Source: Trichoplax sp. H2
Taxonomy: Eukaryota
Reading direction: 5' to 3'
NCBI GenBank assembly: GCA_003344405.1
Contig: NOWV01000102.1
Span: 186,001 to 250,000, forward strand
Length of the DNA: 64,000 nt
Below are positions 53,293 to 64,000 of the stretch, piece after piece; the stretch's first letter is position 1; each line of letters begins with the position of its first letter. Made by a program: the position numbers and the translations under genes. Below the pieces are notes generated by a model that had not been told where the DNA came from, did no database searches, and was given only the letters and a program-made list of their open reading frames with translations.

Positions 53293-53947
53293 TGTCGCAA
53301 ATCAACTCTACGATAACAGAGCTTAAAGCTGAAGTCTGAAAATTTCGTCCTGAATTGCGCATCAGAGTGCTTAATCCGATTAAGAAACTCTTGGAACTCC
53401 TATTTCTGATCTTACAGATTTACAGGCTTGTACTATTGTACACCTTTAACCTTATACCAGACATTAAACTTAACGAGTAAATTAATGCAGGTTACTTATT
53501 GAATAGTGTCGCAGCACCGATTAAGAATGATGAATTCTTTTTCTGTGATTACCTGTAAAACCTTCCACCTTACTGTAAGACTGCTACCAAGCTTCACTAC
53601 TTCAATACCTTCGCGAAGGACCTTAGTCAACAGTAAGAGCCAGTCTAGAAGCTTATAGGTAATATTATAAAGCTAGCTTTATTCAAATGTTGTTCCACTA
53701 CACAGCTTAAATTACTCTCCTTGAGTACAAATGCGCTTCCTCACACACTTGTGCCAAACTCCCCGTGTGCTATCTGTTAATTATTTCCTCCGTCATATAG
53801 CCTTTTCTATACCCATGTAATTATATTAATCATTATTGAGTATATGTATGAGTTAATTAATATACTGTATTGTGTACCAATAGTAACTTATTCCAATAAA
53901 TAACTTAAATCCGCTCAGTGCCTAATAGATTGCATAAAAGTGTGACA
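53293..53947. mobile_element. Diverged, possibly nested LTR-like remnants
   Basis: TGTCGCA at 53293 and again at 53507, and TGTGACA ending at 53947. The segment gaactc...ctgatct...acaga...ttaacgagt resembles the interior of the 22523 element. No clean TSD. Confidence 0.45.
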
Positions 53948-54739
53948 ACCGCCATTTTGATTATTGTTCATATTTTGCATAGTACCGAACCTAAATCTAC
54001 ACAGTCATTAATGGAAATCCATTAACGGTTGAATATTACAATTTTGCCATAATATTTATAACTGTCTATTTCTAAATCAATTACATTATCACACTTAATA
54101 TCTTAAACCATAGCAAATGGTTAACCTCTCCAGATCAAATGTCGAAATTACGAGCATTTCCTAACGAATTTAGTAGTGTTATTGGACACAGATATCTGAC
54201 AACGCACTACAGTCACATTATCTATGGATAGAAGAATTCAAATTGTAATCTATAAATTCATATAACACAGTAATAATTATAGCGATTCGTGGGCAAAGTC
54301 TGCAAGTATGACTAATTACATGGTGAGATATTGCTGTAAAGACGCTCTTATTCAATTTTTTTGCTAACAGAACAAGTTTGCTAAGTACTTGGAAAATAGT
54401 ATACAAGAAAATCTTACCAATTTATAGGTAATAGATTTGCTACAAAGCAATTAAATATACTATAGTGTTACTGGTCCTCAATAAACGTAACAGCAGTTAA
54501 TTTCCATCTGGAGAAAAGTCTAATTTTATTTCCTGGAGAGCTTTCTTATATAGTCATGCATCAATTTACACAGCCGACTGCAAGATTTTACAAGTTTAAG
54601 ATAAAAACAGCACAACAGAATCCAGCCTAATTCAGTCATTTCATATAGAATATAATGAGATATCTTTAATAAGGATTAACTATACTTATTACAATCATTT
54701 CAAGTTTCGTAAGTGCTCAGTAAATATCAATTAATAATC

Positions 54740-54965
54740 AAATGACGATATACCATAAGTGAAAAGGCAGTTTTGCTCAAAATGCTATTATGTAGGGGTT
54801 AAGTGAAGTAATTGATAAATTTCTTAATCTTGTCAATTGTGCAGATTTGTGGCATAATATTTTAGTGCCATATAGTCAATAAGAAATGACGATATACCGT
54901 AACTGAGAAGAAAGCTTTACCCAAAATGCTTTTATATAGAAGCAAGTCTGATTTAATTGATAAAT
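54740..54965. repeat. Two-copy diverged direct repeat (~145 bp spacing)
   Basis: aaatgacgatatacc...caaaatgct...taattgataaat occurs at ~54740 and ~54884. Confidence 0.65.
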
Positions 54966-55115
54966 CATTTTAGCATTTTCTTGTTAAAAGGTTTATAATA
55001 AGCGGCTATAATTATCGAACAGAAATTGACAATATCATAATATGACTTCGCTGGTTGCGCATGAGTTAAAACAGATTACTTCTAAGTTATTACAACGTTA
55101 TTTTAAACTATTATT

Positions 55116-56178
55116 ATCTACTTCTTAACCTACTATAATATCAGAATTTATCCTGTACCGGTTAGCTGAATTAACTCTGCACAACTCGAGATATACGATA
55201 ACAAGGAGCATGCTATAAAGAGTTTCTGCCTGTTTAAAATAGTTACGGCATTCGAAACTCTAATTATAAATTCTCACAGTAATATAAATTACTGTACAGC
55301 AGTAACTCATCTCAGAAGTATAATCTAGGCAACAATANNNNNNNNNNNNNNNNNNNNGCTCATTTAACAGAGGTTCAGTAACTATCAGATCGCTGACTAA
55401 CGAACATTATCCTCTTAGAAATACTTTTTGTAATATGATATATAGCAATCAAAAATAACCGGGACAGGGGAACTATAGTAAGGTAACACTACGAATTGCA
55501 AGAGAGCAATAGAACTAAGAGTACCTACTGATGTGTATCAATCACTTTTCAAATTTCGTTAAGTAACTTTCGTATTAGTATGTTTACCGAATAAGGATGG
55601 TTACTATATACAGTATAGAAATCAAAAGNNNNNNNNNNNNNNNNNNNNCAATCAAAATGGCTGTATAGAAAACTCTATAAAGCTTCTATGTTTATTCAAT
55701 TTTCATCAGAATATTACATGAAATCAAAATTTAAAGGCCCAGTGGCCACCCTTAGCGATATAACGAATACTATTTTAATAATCAGTACTCTGCAGAAATT
55801 ACTACCTTAGAGCTATTCGTTTTACATGAAGAAATCTTTAGGTTAAAAGTACTGTAAGAATCTTATACTGACCTATTGAAATGAACCCATAATCAGAGTC
55901 ATTTAACAGTAGTATAAATACCCCCGCGCTGCTCATTTCAAGGGAGGGTGGGTGAGATCTACTTCTTAACCTACTATAATATCAGAATTTATCCTGTACC
56001 GGTTAGCTGAATTAACTCTGCACAACTCGAGATATACGATAACAAGGAACATGCTATAAAGAGTTTCTGTCCGTTCAAAATAGTTACGGCATTCGAAACA
56101 CTAATTATAAATTCTCACAGCAGTATAAATTACTGTACAGCAGCAACTCATCTCAGAAGTATAATCTAGGCAACAATA
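55116..56178. repeat. Near-identical 222-bp duplicate (55116-55337 vs 55957-56178) bracketing two 20-N gaps (55338-55357, 55629-55648), likely haplotype overlap
   Basis: atctacttcttaacctac...aggcaacaata is present twice with a few substitutions. The first copy ends at the gap. Confidence 0.85.
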
Positions 56179-56544
56179 GTTCTATCTAAATACGTTTGGT
56201 TATGACCATTATAGCAGAGCGAAGGTTCGATAATTGCTTAAAAAACAACAGACTTGAACTATCGGCTGTACAACAATTTAGGAGTTATTCGTGACAATTT
56301 ACAAATTCTGTATTAGATTTTAATCTTGTTCAATCTCTTCTACATTGAGCAATATATCAAAAAATTTAGTTTGCGATATCCAATCTTAATTATCCAATAT
56401 ATTATTTTACTAAAAAATGCTTAATCCAAATTCAAGTATTTATATCAATTTTAAAACTACTGATATTGCGATTGCAATATTTTTGTTCATTCAATCAAGT
56501 GATCATAACTTTTATTAAACGCTAGGTATAAGCAGGACAATGTG

Positions 56545-56980
56545 TGTCACAAACCAGCTTCGTGACAAGGATAACGTAAAACAAATCTCTAAATCTCTAA
56601 AATCTGCGGATTCAGTATCCCTAGTCACAAGAATTTAGACACCTTTGATTCTACGTTAAACTCAACTAGACAATTGAGAACTACTTTATTCAACTATCTG
56701 GCGGGCTCATATACCCCTTCTACAGCAGCTAACATTCATGAGTCATCTTGTAAAAATACTTAGGTGAGAACATCTACTAACTAATTTTTTACAGTCGGAC
56801 TACAACATGTCCATTCACAGAATCATTTCAGAGCACATTACAGCACAACATTAAATTTACTGTAACACATTTATAATTAGAGTAATTCCTATTGTAAGTA
56901 ACTAGTTGCAATATATTATCACTATATTATATTCACCAAATTTAGATAGCTATTTCTTCACGGTAGTTCGTACCGTGACA
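56545..56980 (-). mobile_element. Solo LTR (436 bp) with 5-bp TSD ATGTG
   Basis: TGTCACAAACC...GTACCGTGACA. ATGTG at 56540-56544 and 56981-56985. Close paralog of 43002-43430. Confidence 0.92.
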
Positions 56981-59900
56981 ATGTGGCACATAAATTGTCA
57001 ATTATAAGCCTTTTAGAATAAAATTTCTTTAAAAATTTAAATATTAGTAATTTAAGAAAAAACAAAAAATTACTATTTAATTAACGCGCAAGATATTAAC
57101 TATTCTTATTTATTACTCTATTTTTAAACTTATCCTTGCAATCACAATGATCATTTTTAACTAATACCGGTAGTATTTGTTAATACGCGTATATCTCAAT
57201 AAACTAATTCCAACTCTAATTTCATCTACATTTCGAAAGGAAAATTGTCGAAATTATAATTCGATTATCAAAGTGACGCTATAGATCACCATTAAATCAT
57301 AAATTTTTTCTGCATTGCAGTATAACACTCATTCATTTATAGTAGTCCGGAGTAATTGTCTAAATATTTATACAAGTTCATTATCCTATCCCATACATCT
57401 ATAGTTATCGCTAACGAATGATTTCAATCTTTCTAGAAGTAATATAAGTTACTTAATTAATACCCTAAATGATCAGTCAAGATATTTCTAAGTCTACTCT
57501 TCTATTCAAATTTCTTGCTATCCGCATTATTTCTGCAAATAAGTTACCTGGAAACAATTTTAATTGGCTAGCTCAGGCTATAATTATTTGAAGTCATATA
57601 GCCTGAACGATTTAATTTAACATAAAAACAATCTATGTACACCGCCGATTGATAAGGTACCTATGGTAATTCATGCTTATATTGGAATTCACACATATTA
57701 TCATTTTTTGTTTACATTGCATAATTCAATTTATTCTATGCTCATTTAGCTTATACTGTATCGTTTTATCAGAAATCGCTAGTCATGATGGAAATATACC
57801 CGAGTTTATTTTGTCGGATGCCAAATACTGTGCCTTAATGAAGTTCACGAATCTGCAGTTAAAGGCTTAATTATTTTGAATATATTTTATTACAGTTTTG
57901 TACAGTAACTAATATCTAGCAGTATACAGCTCGAGATATAAGTATAAGTACAACGACTATCTAATTATACGATTCACTTACTATTCTGAATTTTAATAAA
58001 TTTTATTTAGAAAAAATTTTAATGAAACTCATTTAAAGTAGACTATTCAAGTAAATCATTATCTATTTTTTAAAAAGTCTGTACGTGAAATACACAAAAT
58101 ACACTTTAATTCAAAAAGTTCTGATTTTCAAGAATTATAACTCGCTCCCCATCATCTTTCCGAAATTTCAGGTTTATTAGTTGCTTTCTATAAATACAAT
58201 AATATTTCTAACTTGAACATGATATTTATAGAAATAATCATAGTTAGATAGCCAATATATTTATCTAACGGTCAGTATTTAAATATAGTTTTACATCTAC
58301 GAAGCAGCTGCTGTCAGTAGTGCCTATGAGTGTCCTTTACGGCCATTTGGGACTATTGGTGGTTACTGTAACAGTTATATAATAATCAATAGGATACACA
58401 AAAAGGATCGATATTGTTGTAGACAGGTTACCGATACATTCCTATGGTTTGGTATTTTAATGCGGTTTAATTACAAATTAGCATGTTACCAACCTATTAT
58501 CATATCATAATCAATACGGATTTTATCTATTTATAATTACAGAATTATCAACTGGCTTTTCGAGCGCCACATTTAATATTTATTATCGTATGATTCTCTT
58601 CAAAGAACTAGCATAGTATTTATGTGTATTTTAGACATTGTACCGATATTTAAACCTTCCAGATTGTTCATCATTAAGTAATAGCATAATCTATACGCGC
58701 ATCACGACGTTAGATCATCGTGAACAAAAATTTATTGCATCAATTATTACAGATAGTCTGTTCTTAAAGCTACAAACCAATTTACGTAACGTACAATTTA
58801 TAGATAGCAGATACTAAATAAGAAGGATTTTGTTTACATTAAAAATGACTATAATTTTTGAGTTAAACCTGTATAGGCTATATAGCTGATGCTTAATTTT
58901 AGAGATATACCACATGCCTATGATTCAATGCCATATATGTATTAAATAGCATTATGTAGCGGTAGTAGGAGAAATTTCTAATTTCGATATAGCAATGTGT
59001 TATCAACCTCTGATGTGACTATTGCCTAATGATTAGCTTGAGAATACGTAAATATTATTTACGTTTTATGCACCAAGTAATGAAAAAAGAGTTTAATAAT
59101 GATTTTTCGCTTGCGCACAAGAAATTAAACGGTCTACTTTGCGTCTGCCATGAAATTCGAGTAAAATCTTTACAGTTGTCCCGAAGTGTTAGTCTTGCTT
59201 GCTAGTTCAAAGTTATAGACCAATAGAAATGCCTGTACGTGTATTTTCTTACAGAATTATACACTCATTCGTTACAACATGTAAGCTACATAGAAGCTGA
59301 TATATAAAACTGGTAATGGTGACTTCAGAAGTAAGCTCTTAAATGCACGGAAATCAGCAATCATATCCATATCGATAATATCTCAAAGAATTACCACGAT
59401 CACTAGCAGCAGTATCAAAAATACTGTACAATTTAGCTTATGGCGAAAATTTCTGAATTTTTTCAAGAATTTTTGACATAATCTATTGTATATTGTAAAA
59501 TCAATCATAAAGATATCGTTCAGAGCATTTGCTATTATTGGTTAATTGCAAAGTAAAGCCAACAATAAGCAAAAAATGTAATATATTAAGTGAGTAAATA
59601 TACCTCTTTACTGCTAATTAAATTTCCAAACTACGAGATACATGCAATTTTGAATAAATGATTCTAACGTAATCACTACAATTCGATATTCCTTTAATTA
59701 GTTATGCCACCATAAAGCAGTATCTATAGCAATCAATACGATACTTGAACTTGCTGACAAAAGTTTAATTTCATTTACCCTCCGTTACCATACACCAACT
59801 GGCACAATTCTATTAGGTTTGAATGAGAAAAATAGAATAATAAAGCAGAAATTATTTTGAATTTATTACAGCAATTAATTTTAATATTCAATACCGCTTG

Positions 59901-60763
59901 GTATAAATATAAATATAAATTTATATTATACTCTTCTGACAATAAATTAAAGCTATTATTTCATCGGTATACTAATGACGATTTTAATTTCATAATGAAA
60001 ATGGAAGTAAAATTAGGACATCAATTTGTTAATCGACCAAATTAGCATATATAATACGACTCAATTTTAAAGAAATCAAAAATATAATGTAATAGGCATT
60101 AGTATATTATTCAATAGCAGCAAATCTAAACATTAAATACTTAGAGAATTAATACGCCGAACAATGTTATTCTAATTTATGTCAATGGTTTTAATAATTG
60201 ATTGAAAGGATTCAAAGCGACGTATAAGTAAAAATGAATAATTTAATCAATTCTAGAGTCTTATTCATTTTTGTCCTCTATACAATGGAATATTGTCCAA
60301 TTTTACTGCTCGTAAACCTTTATAATTTTAACTTAAATAATCCTAAACACCCATTCGAATACTACTCTAATTGAAACGACAGTATTTTATTTCGCTAAAC
60401 AATAATTATTTGATGTTATATACCAGGTTATCTAAAATACTGCCTACTATTAGACGATAGATACGCAATTGATTTGTCGAAATAATTCTTTCAAAACATG
60501 ATTCATGCGTCGGAAAGATCCAATAGAAATTATCATCTAATTAATTACTTTAAATAATTTTGCATATATCGTCAATACTTACGCCTAATTAATTATTTAA
60601 CGGAGAATATACGTCAAGTTTTATGAGAGACGCCGTTATTATTGTTCTCAAGTAGATTTAAAAGAAGAGAAATAAACATCACTTCGACAACGTCTTGGTC
60701 CCTAAGTTTCATCACTATAAACCTACATTTAGGTATAGCGAACTATCAAAAACGGGTTATGTT

Positions 60764-61774
60764 ATGGATTGGAAAAGGCAATTCGAATCGAGCCACCAAT
60801 TTAATTCCACCTATTCTGTCAATGCTTCATCTTCCACACATATATTAAGTAATTTACGAATTGCAATTATATGTGTTTGCTCGATCATCTCAGTATTTAG
60901 TATAATGGGTAATTTGTTGTCGCTGATGGCTATCTCTAGATCTAAATACTGGCATACACCTAATGGTTTACTCTTAACTAATCTTGCTATAGTTGACTTT
61001 TTACTTGGGTTGATATGCTTACCGCTAGTAATTGCAGTAGCTTATGCAGGTCAAAATGTTCCAACAGTTTTATGCCAAATTCAAGCATTTTCATTAGGAG
61101 TTCTCAATTGTACTTCTATCAATACTGCTGTAATTATCAGTATCGATCGCTATGTAGCAGTAGCTCAACCTTATTATCATGCTGCATCTGTAGGTAGAAG
61201 TAAAGTTATTAAAGCAATCGTCACCGCTTGGTCACTATCGGCAATAATGTCCTCGATACCAATTATCGCTCAAGGAAAGTATGGACTAGGAATCTATGAT
61301 AATCGAAATCAAATATGTTGGTTTTTTATGAGAGATTATGCTAAAAATCATATCATTAATAGCATATTTATTACAGCAATGTTGTTAGCTATTGCTATCG
61401 TTTTATTTTGCTATGCAATTATGTTTGGAATTGCTTATCAGAAAAGTACTGCTACGCCTCTGTATCATTTTGGAAGCAGCTACCGTAATATTAAGAAAAC
61501 CATTTTTACTACCACCTTAATAGTGGGAACTAAAATAATTTGTTGGCTGCCATTATCAGTTGTCAGTGTTCTTGATGCTTGCACTACAGTACCATTAACT
61601 CCTTTAGTAGGAATTATGGTTTATTTCTTTGCTTTTGCCAATTCGGCTTTAAATCCGATGATTTATATAGCTACTAGTAGTACTTTGCGCTTAAAAGTAC
61701 TGCAACTTATCCATCGAAATCGTCGAGTTAATAATTTAGTCACTGTATCAAGCACTTTCACCAGAAATACATAA
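60764..61774 (+). CDS. Intronless class A orphan GPCR, paralog 4 (first ATG at 60764; open frame from 60695)
   Basis: GN, NLAIVD, CQIQAF, DRY, ECL2 ICWF, IVGTKIICWLP and NSALNPMIY. Confidence 0.95.
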   Translation: MDWKRQFESSHQFNSTYSVNASSSTHILSNLRIAIICVCSIISVFSIMGNLLSLMAISRSKYWHTPNGLLLTNLAIVDFLLGLICLPLVIAVAYAGQNVPTVLCQIQAFSLGVLNCTSINTAVIISIDRYVAVAQPYYHAASVGRSKVIKAIVTAWSLSAIMSSIPIIAQGKYGLGIYDNRNQICWFFMRDYAKNHIINSIFITAMLLAIAIVLFCYAIMFGIAYQKSTATPLYHFGSSYRNIKKTIFTTTLIVGTKIICWLPLSVVSVLDACTTVPLTPLVGIMVYFFAFANSALNPMIYIATSSTLRLKVLQLIHRNRRVNNLVTVSSTFTRNT

Positions 61775-64000
61775 TTACAACATATACCGGTATACTTATG
61801 TGATAGAAACATATAAATGTGACTACCCGTATTTTGTATTTGCTTTTTTATTTAAAGAGTATCAAACCTAGGAATATAAAATCTATGTAATCATATAATC
61901 ATATATTTGAGATAACTCCGTTCATTCTAAAATTCATTTGTGGTTAAGGCTCCAATGACTTATTAAACACATAGTATAATCAATAATAATGCAACGTAAT
62001 CGCGATTTAGATTCCTTTATATTTATACCATAATATACTTGTAGTTGTTAAATTAGTAAAGAATCAATAGATTGCTAAACTGAATTATTATTTTCCATTG
62101 CTCCGAGTAATTTTGTGTTATTTTGTCGAACCAAAGTCAATCTTTTATGCAATTTTGTGATTTTGATTGAAGGCAGGATATGACTGTAACTGCTACCGTA
62201 ATGACGTAAATAGCTAGGTACATGCCTGATTGATTAAGTAATTATTTGTGCGGTCTTATAGACATATAATATTGTATAACTTTGGAAAACTTGTTTTTAT
62301 ATGGATATAGTATAAAGCAACCATACTAACTGGCACATCTAGTCTGCCAGAGATAATTATTTAACTAGATTTCTTATGCCGCTGCTTAATTTTTTAACTT
62401 CCTTGGAAGATTGTCTGGTTGAGAATTCAACGATATCATATCCAGCATTAACATTTAAAATTAATTCTCTTGATTAATAACAACTATGTAGTCCAGTTGC
62501 GTAACTTTTTCAAGTCTAATTCTGAAATTAAGGAGATATTATTTAAATAACCGTGATCGTGGAGGAATTAAAATTGTTCTTTAAAAATATGCCACAATAT
62601 ATTGTGATTAATAAAATACGCGATAAAAGCATAAATGCCATTCAATTTTTAATAAATGCTGGTTAACTTGTCTACAATAACCTCTAATTTAAACGTATAA
62701 AGGTTCTTTTAATATCATATGCCTTAAAAGTTCTACTAATCTCAGAGTCAAAATTTTGATTTAAAGGATATATCCTATTGAATATTTTAAAATCTATATA
62801 ATCAGCAATATTTTTCACGGAAGATTATGCTCGTAAATTCCTACATGAAAAAGTTCAAATCCTTTTAACAAACTGTGGGTTCGCTAAAGCATAGTACTCT
62901 ACAGTTCGTGTTTGCAATGGTTAAAACTACTATCATGCAATCAATTAATAATTTATCAACAATTTAAATGGTTGCCGATATTCATTCAGATATTACCCTA
63001 TCGTCAACCATAGTATTTTTAATATTGCTATAAATATACTATATGGTAGTGATTTCGTCATATACTGCGGGCAATGAGTAAATATATTTACAATGTGCAC
63101 TTAATTTTGTTCGTTGATATCTCGATCACCAATATCTTTGGTTAACTAATTACGAAATCGAATCTATGACAACAGTATAATTTGATGGAGCCCGTAATAG
63201 GAATAAAACATTAATTTAAATTCTTAATACTATACTACATATTTATCATCCCCTGATAGAAAGTCTCTTCTCAGTAAATAGTTCTCTTTCATTTAATATT
63301 ATTCTTCTTGTATTTCAATACTAATTAATACAATTTTTCCCTTACCATAAACACATCACGAATTTCAAATCGTATATGAAGAAATCCATCGATCCAACGA
63401 CAATCGCATGATTAGGATATACGTACGCCTAAAAAATTAAGTAAATGTAATCATTTGATTCTGTAATGATCTCAGCTAATTGTAGTAGAACAGTATGTGG
63501 CTAAGCAAACCTAAAATGATAGCAGGAGTCTATTATATGTTCATTACAGATTCATTAGCATTTCGCTTCTAATATTTTGCCGGAAAAATTTTAATTATTT
63601 TCATAGTATGTAAGTAAAATATTATTTACGTAGAAATAGATTGCCGAGGCCATCGTTTGTAGTTATTCTGCCAAGAATGTAGATAATGCAATTGTACTTA
63701 TTGAAACCTTGTCACGGCAAAAACTCTGTAAACTTAAACGCTGAAATATCTAAAACGCCCTCTGAAAAACCTACATATTATTCGCACTTTTAACAACTGC
63801 CATGCTTTATCATATTATTGCAAAATTTCGACTTTTACAGTATGTTCTTTATTCAGATGATTGAATATTTTATTACGTTCTAAGCTTCTGTAAATATTTC
63901 AACCTTCTATAACGGCGTTAAAGCTCTTTCCATTCGAAACCTTATTTTAAATTTTTAGCTAGAATTTTTAATTGTTTATATGAGAAATTCATTCCACTTC

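Noticed and set aside
25950..61774. GPCRs as true opsins (ECL2 PLxGxGRY resembles the opsin loop)
   Set aside because: Position 7.43 is C, F, L and F rather than the retinal-binding Lys, 3.28 is Gln, and no conserved ECL2 Glu counterion is evident. A Schiff base through K6.44 has no support from the sequence.
63710..63720. TGTCACGG as the start of another LTR (also TGTCACA at 50333)
   Set aside because: No matching GTGACA end, TSD or internal similarity visible in the window.

Overview
Eukaryotic, AT-rich genomic DNA with short GT-AG introns and three 20-N assembly gaps. The style (compact introns, dispersed intronless class A GPCRs, haplotype-like duplicates at gaps) suggests a non-bilaterian animal such as a placozoan; this is inference only. 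From left to right it holds: (1) the last four exons of an AMPK beta subunit gene (+); (2) a convergent, ~18-exon SPAK/OSR1 (STK39/OXSR1) STE20 kinase gene (-); (3) a partly resolved multi-exon single-pass membrane protein gene (+) with a signal-peptide-like exon, an LRR C-terminal-cap-like exon, a mini-exon with a furin-type RIKR site, one TM helix and a long disordered repeat-containing tail; (4) four paralogous intronless rhodopsin-class GPCRs sharing an unusual TM6 signature IVGT[K/N]xxxW[L/I]P (Lys or Asn at 6.44) and no TM5 proline. Intergenic DNA carries a family of solo LTRs (TGTCAC...GTGACA, 5-bp TSDs, one with filled and empty sites side by side), a probable non-autonomous Helitron, a TIR element, degenerate 120-190 bp tandem arrays and a hairpin cluster. 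The most speculative idea is that the ectodomain-less GPCRs with LGR-like TM5/TM6 features and the neighbouring LRR-cap membrane protein form a 'split' receptor system; this is unproven.
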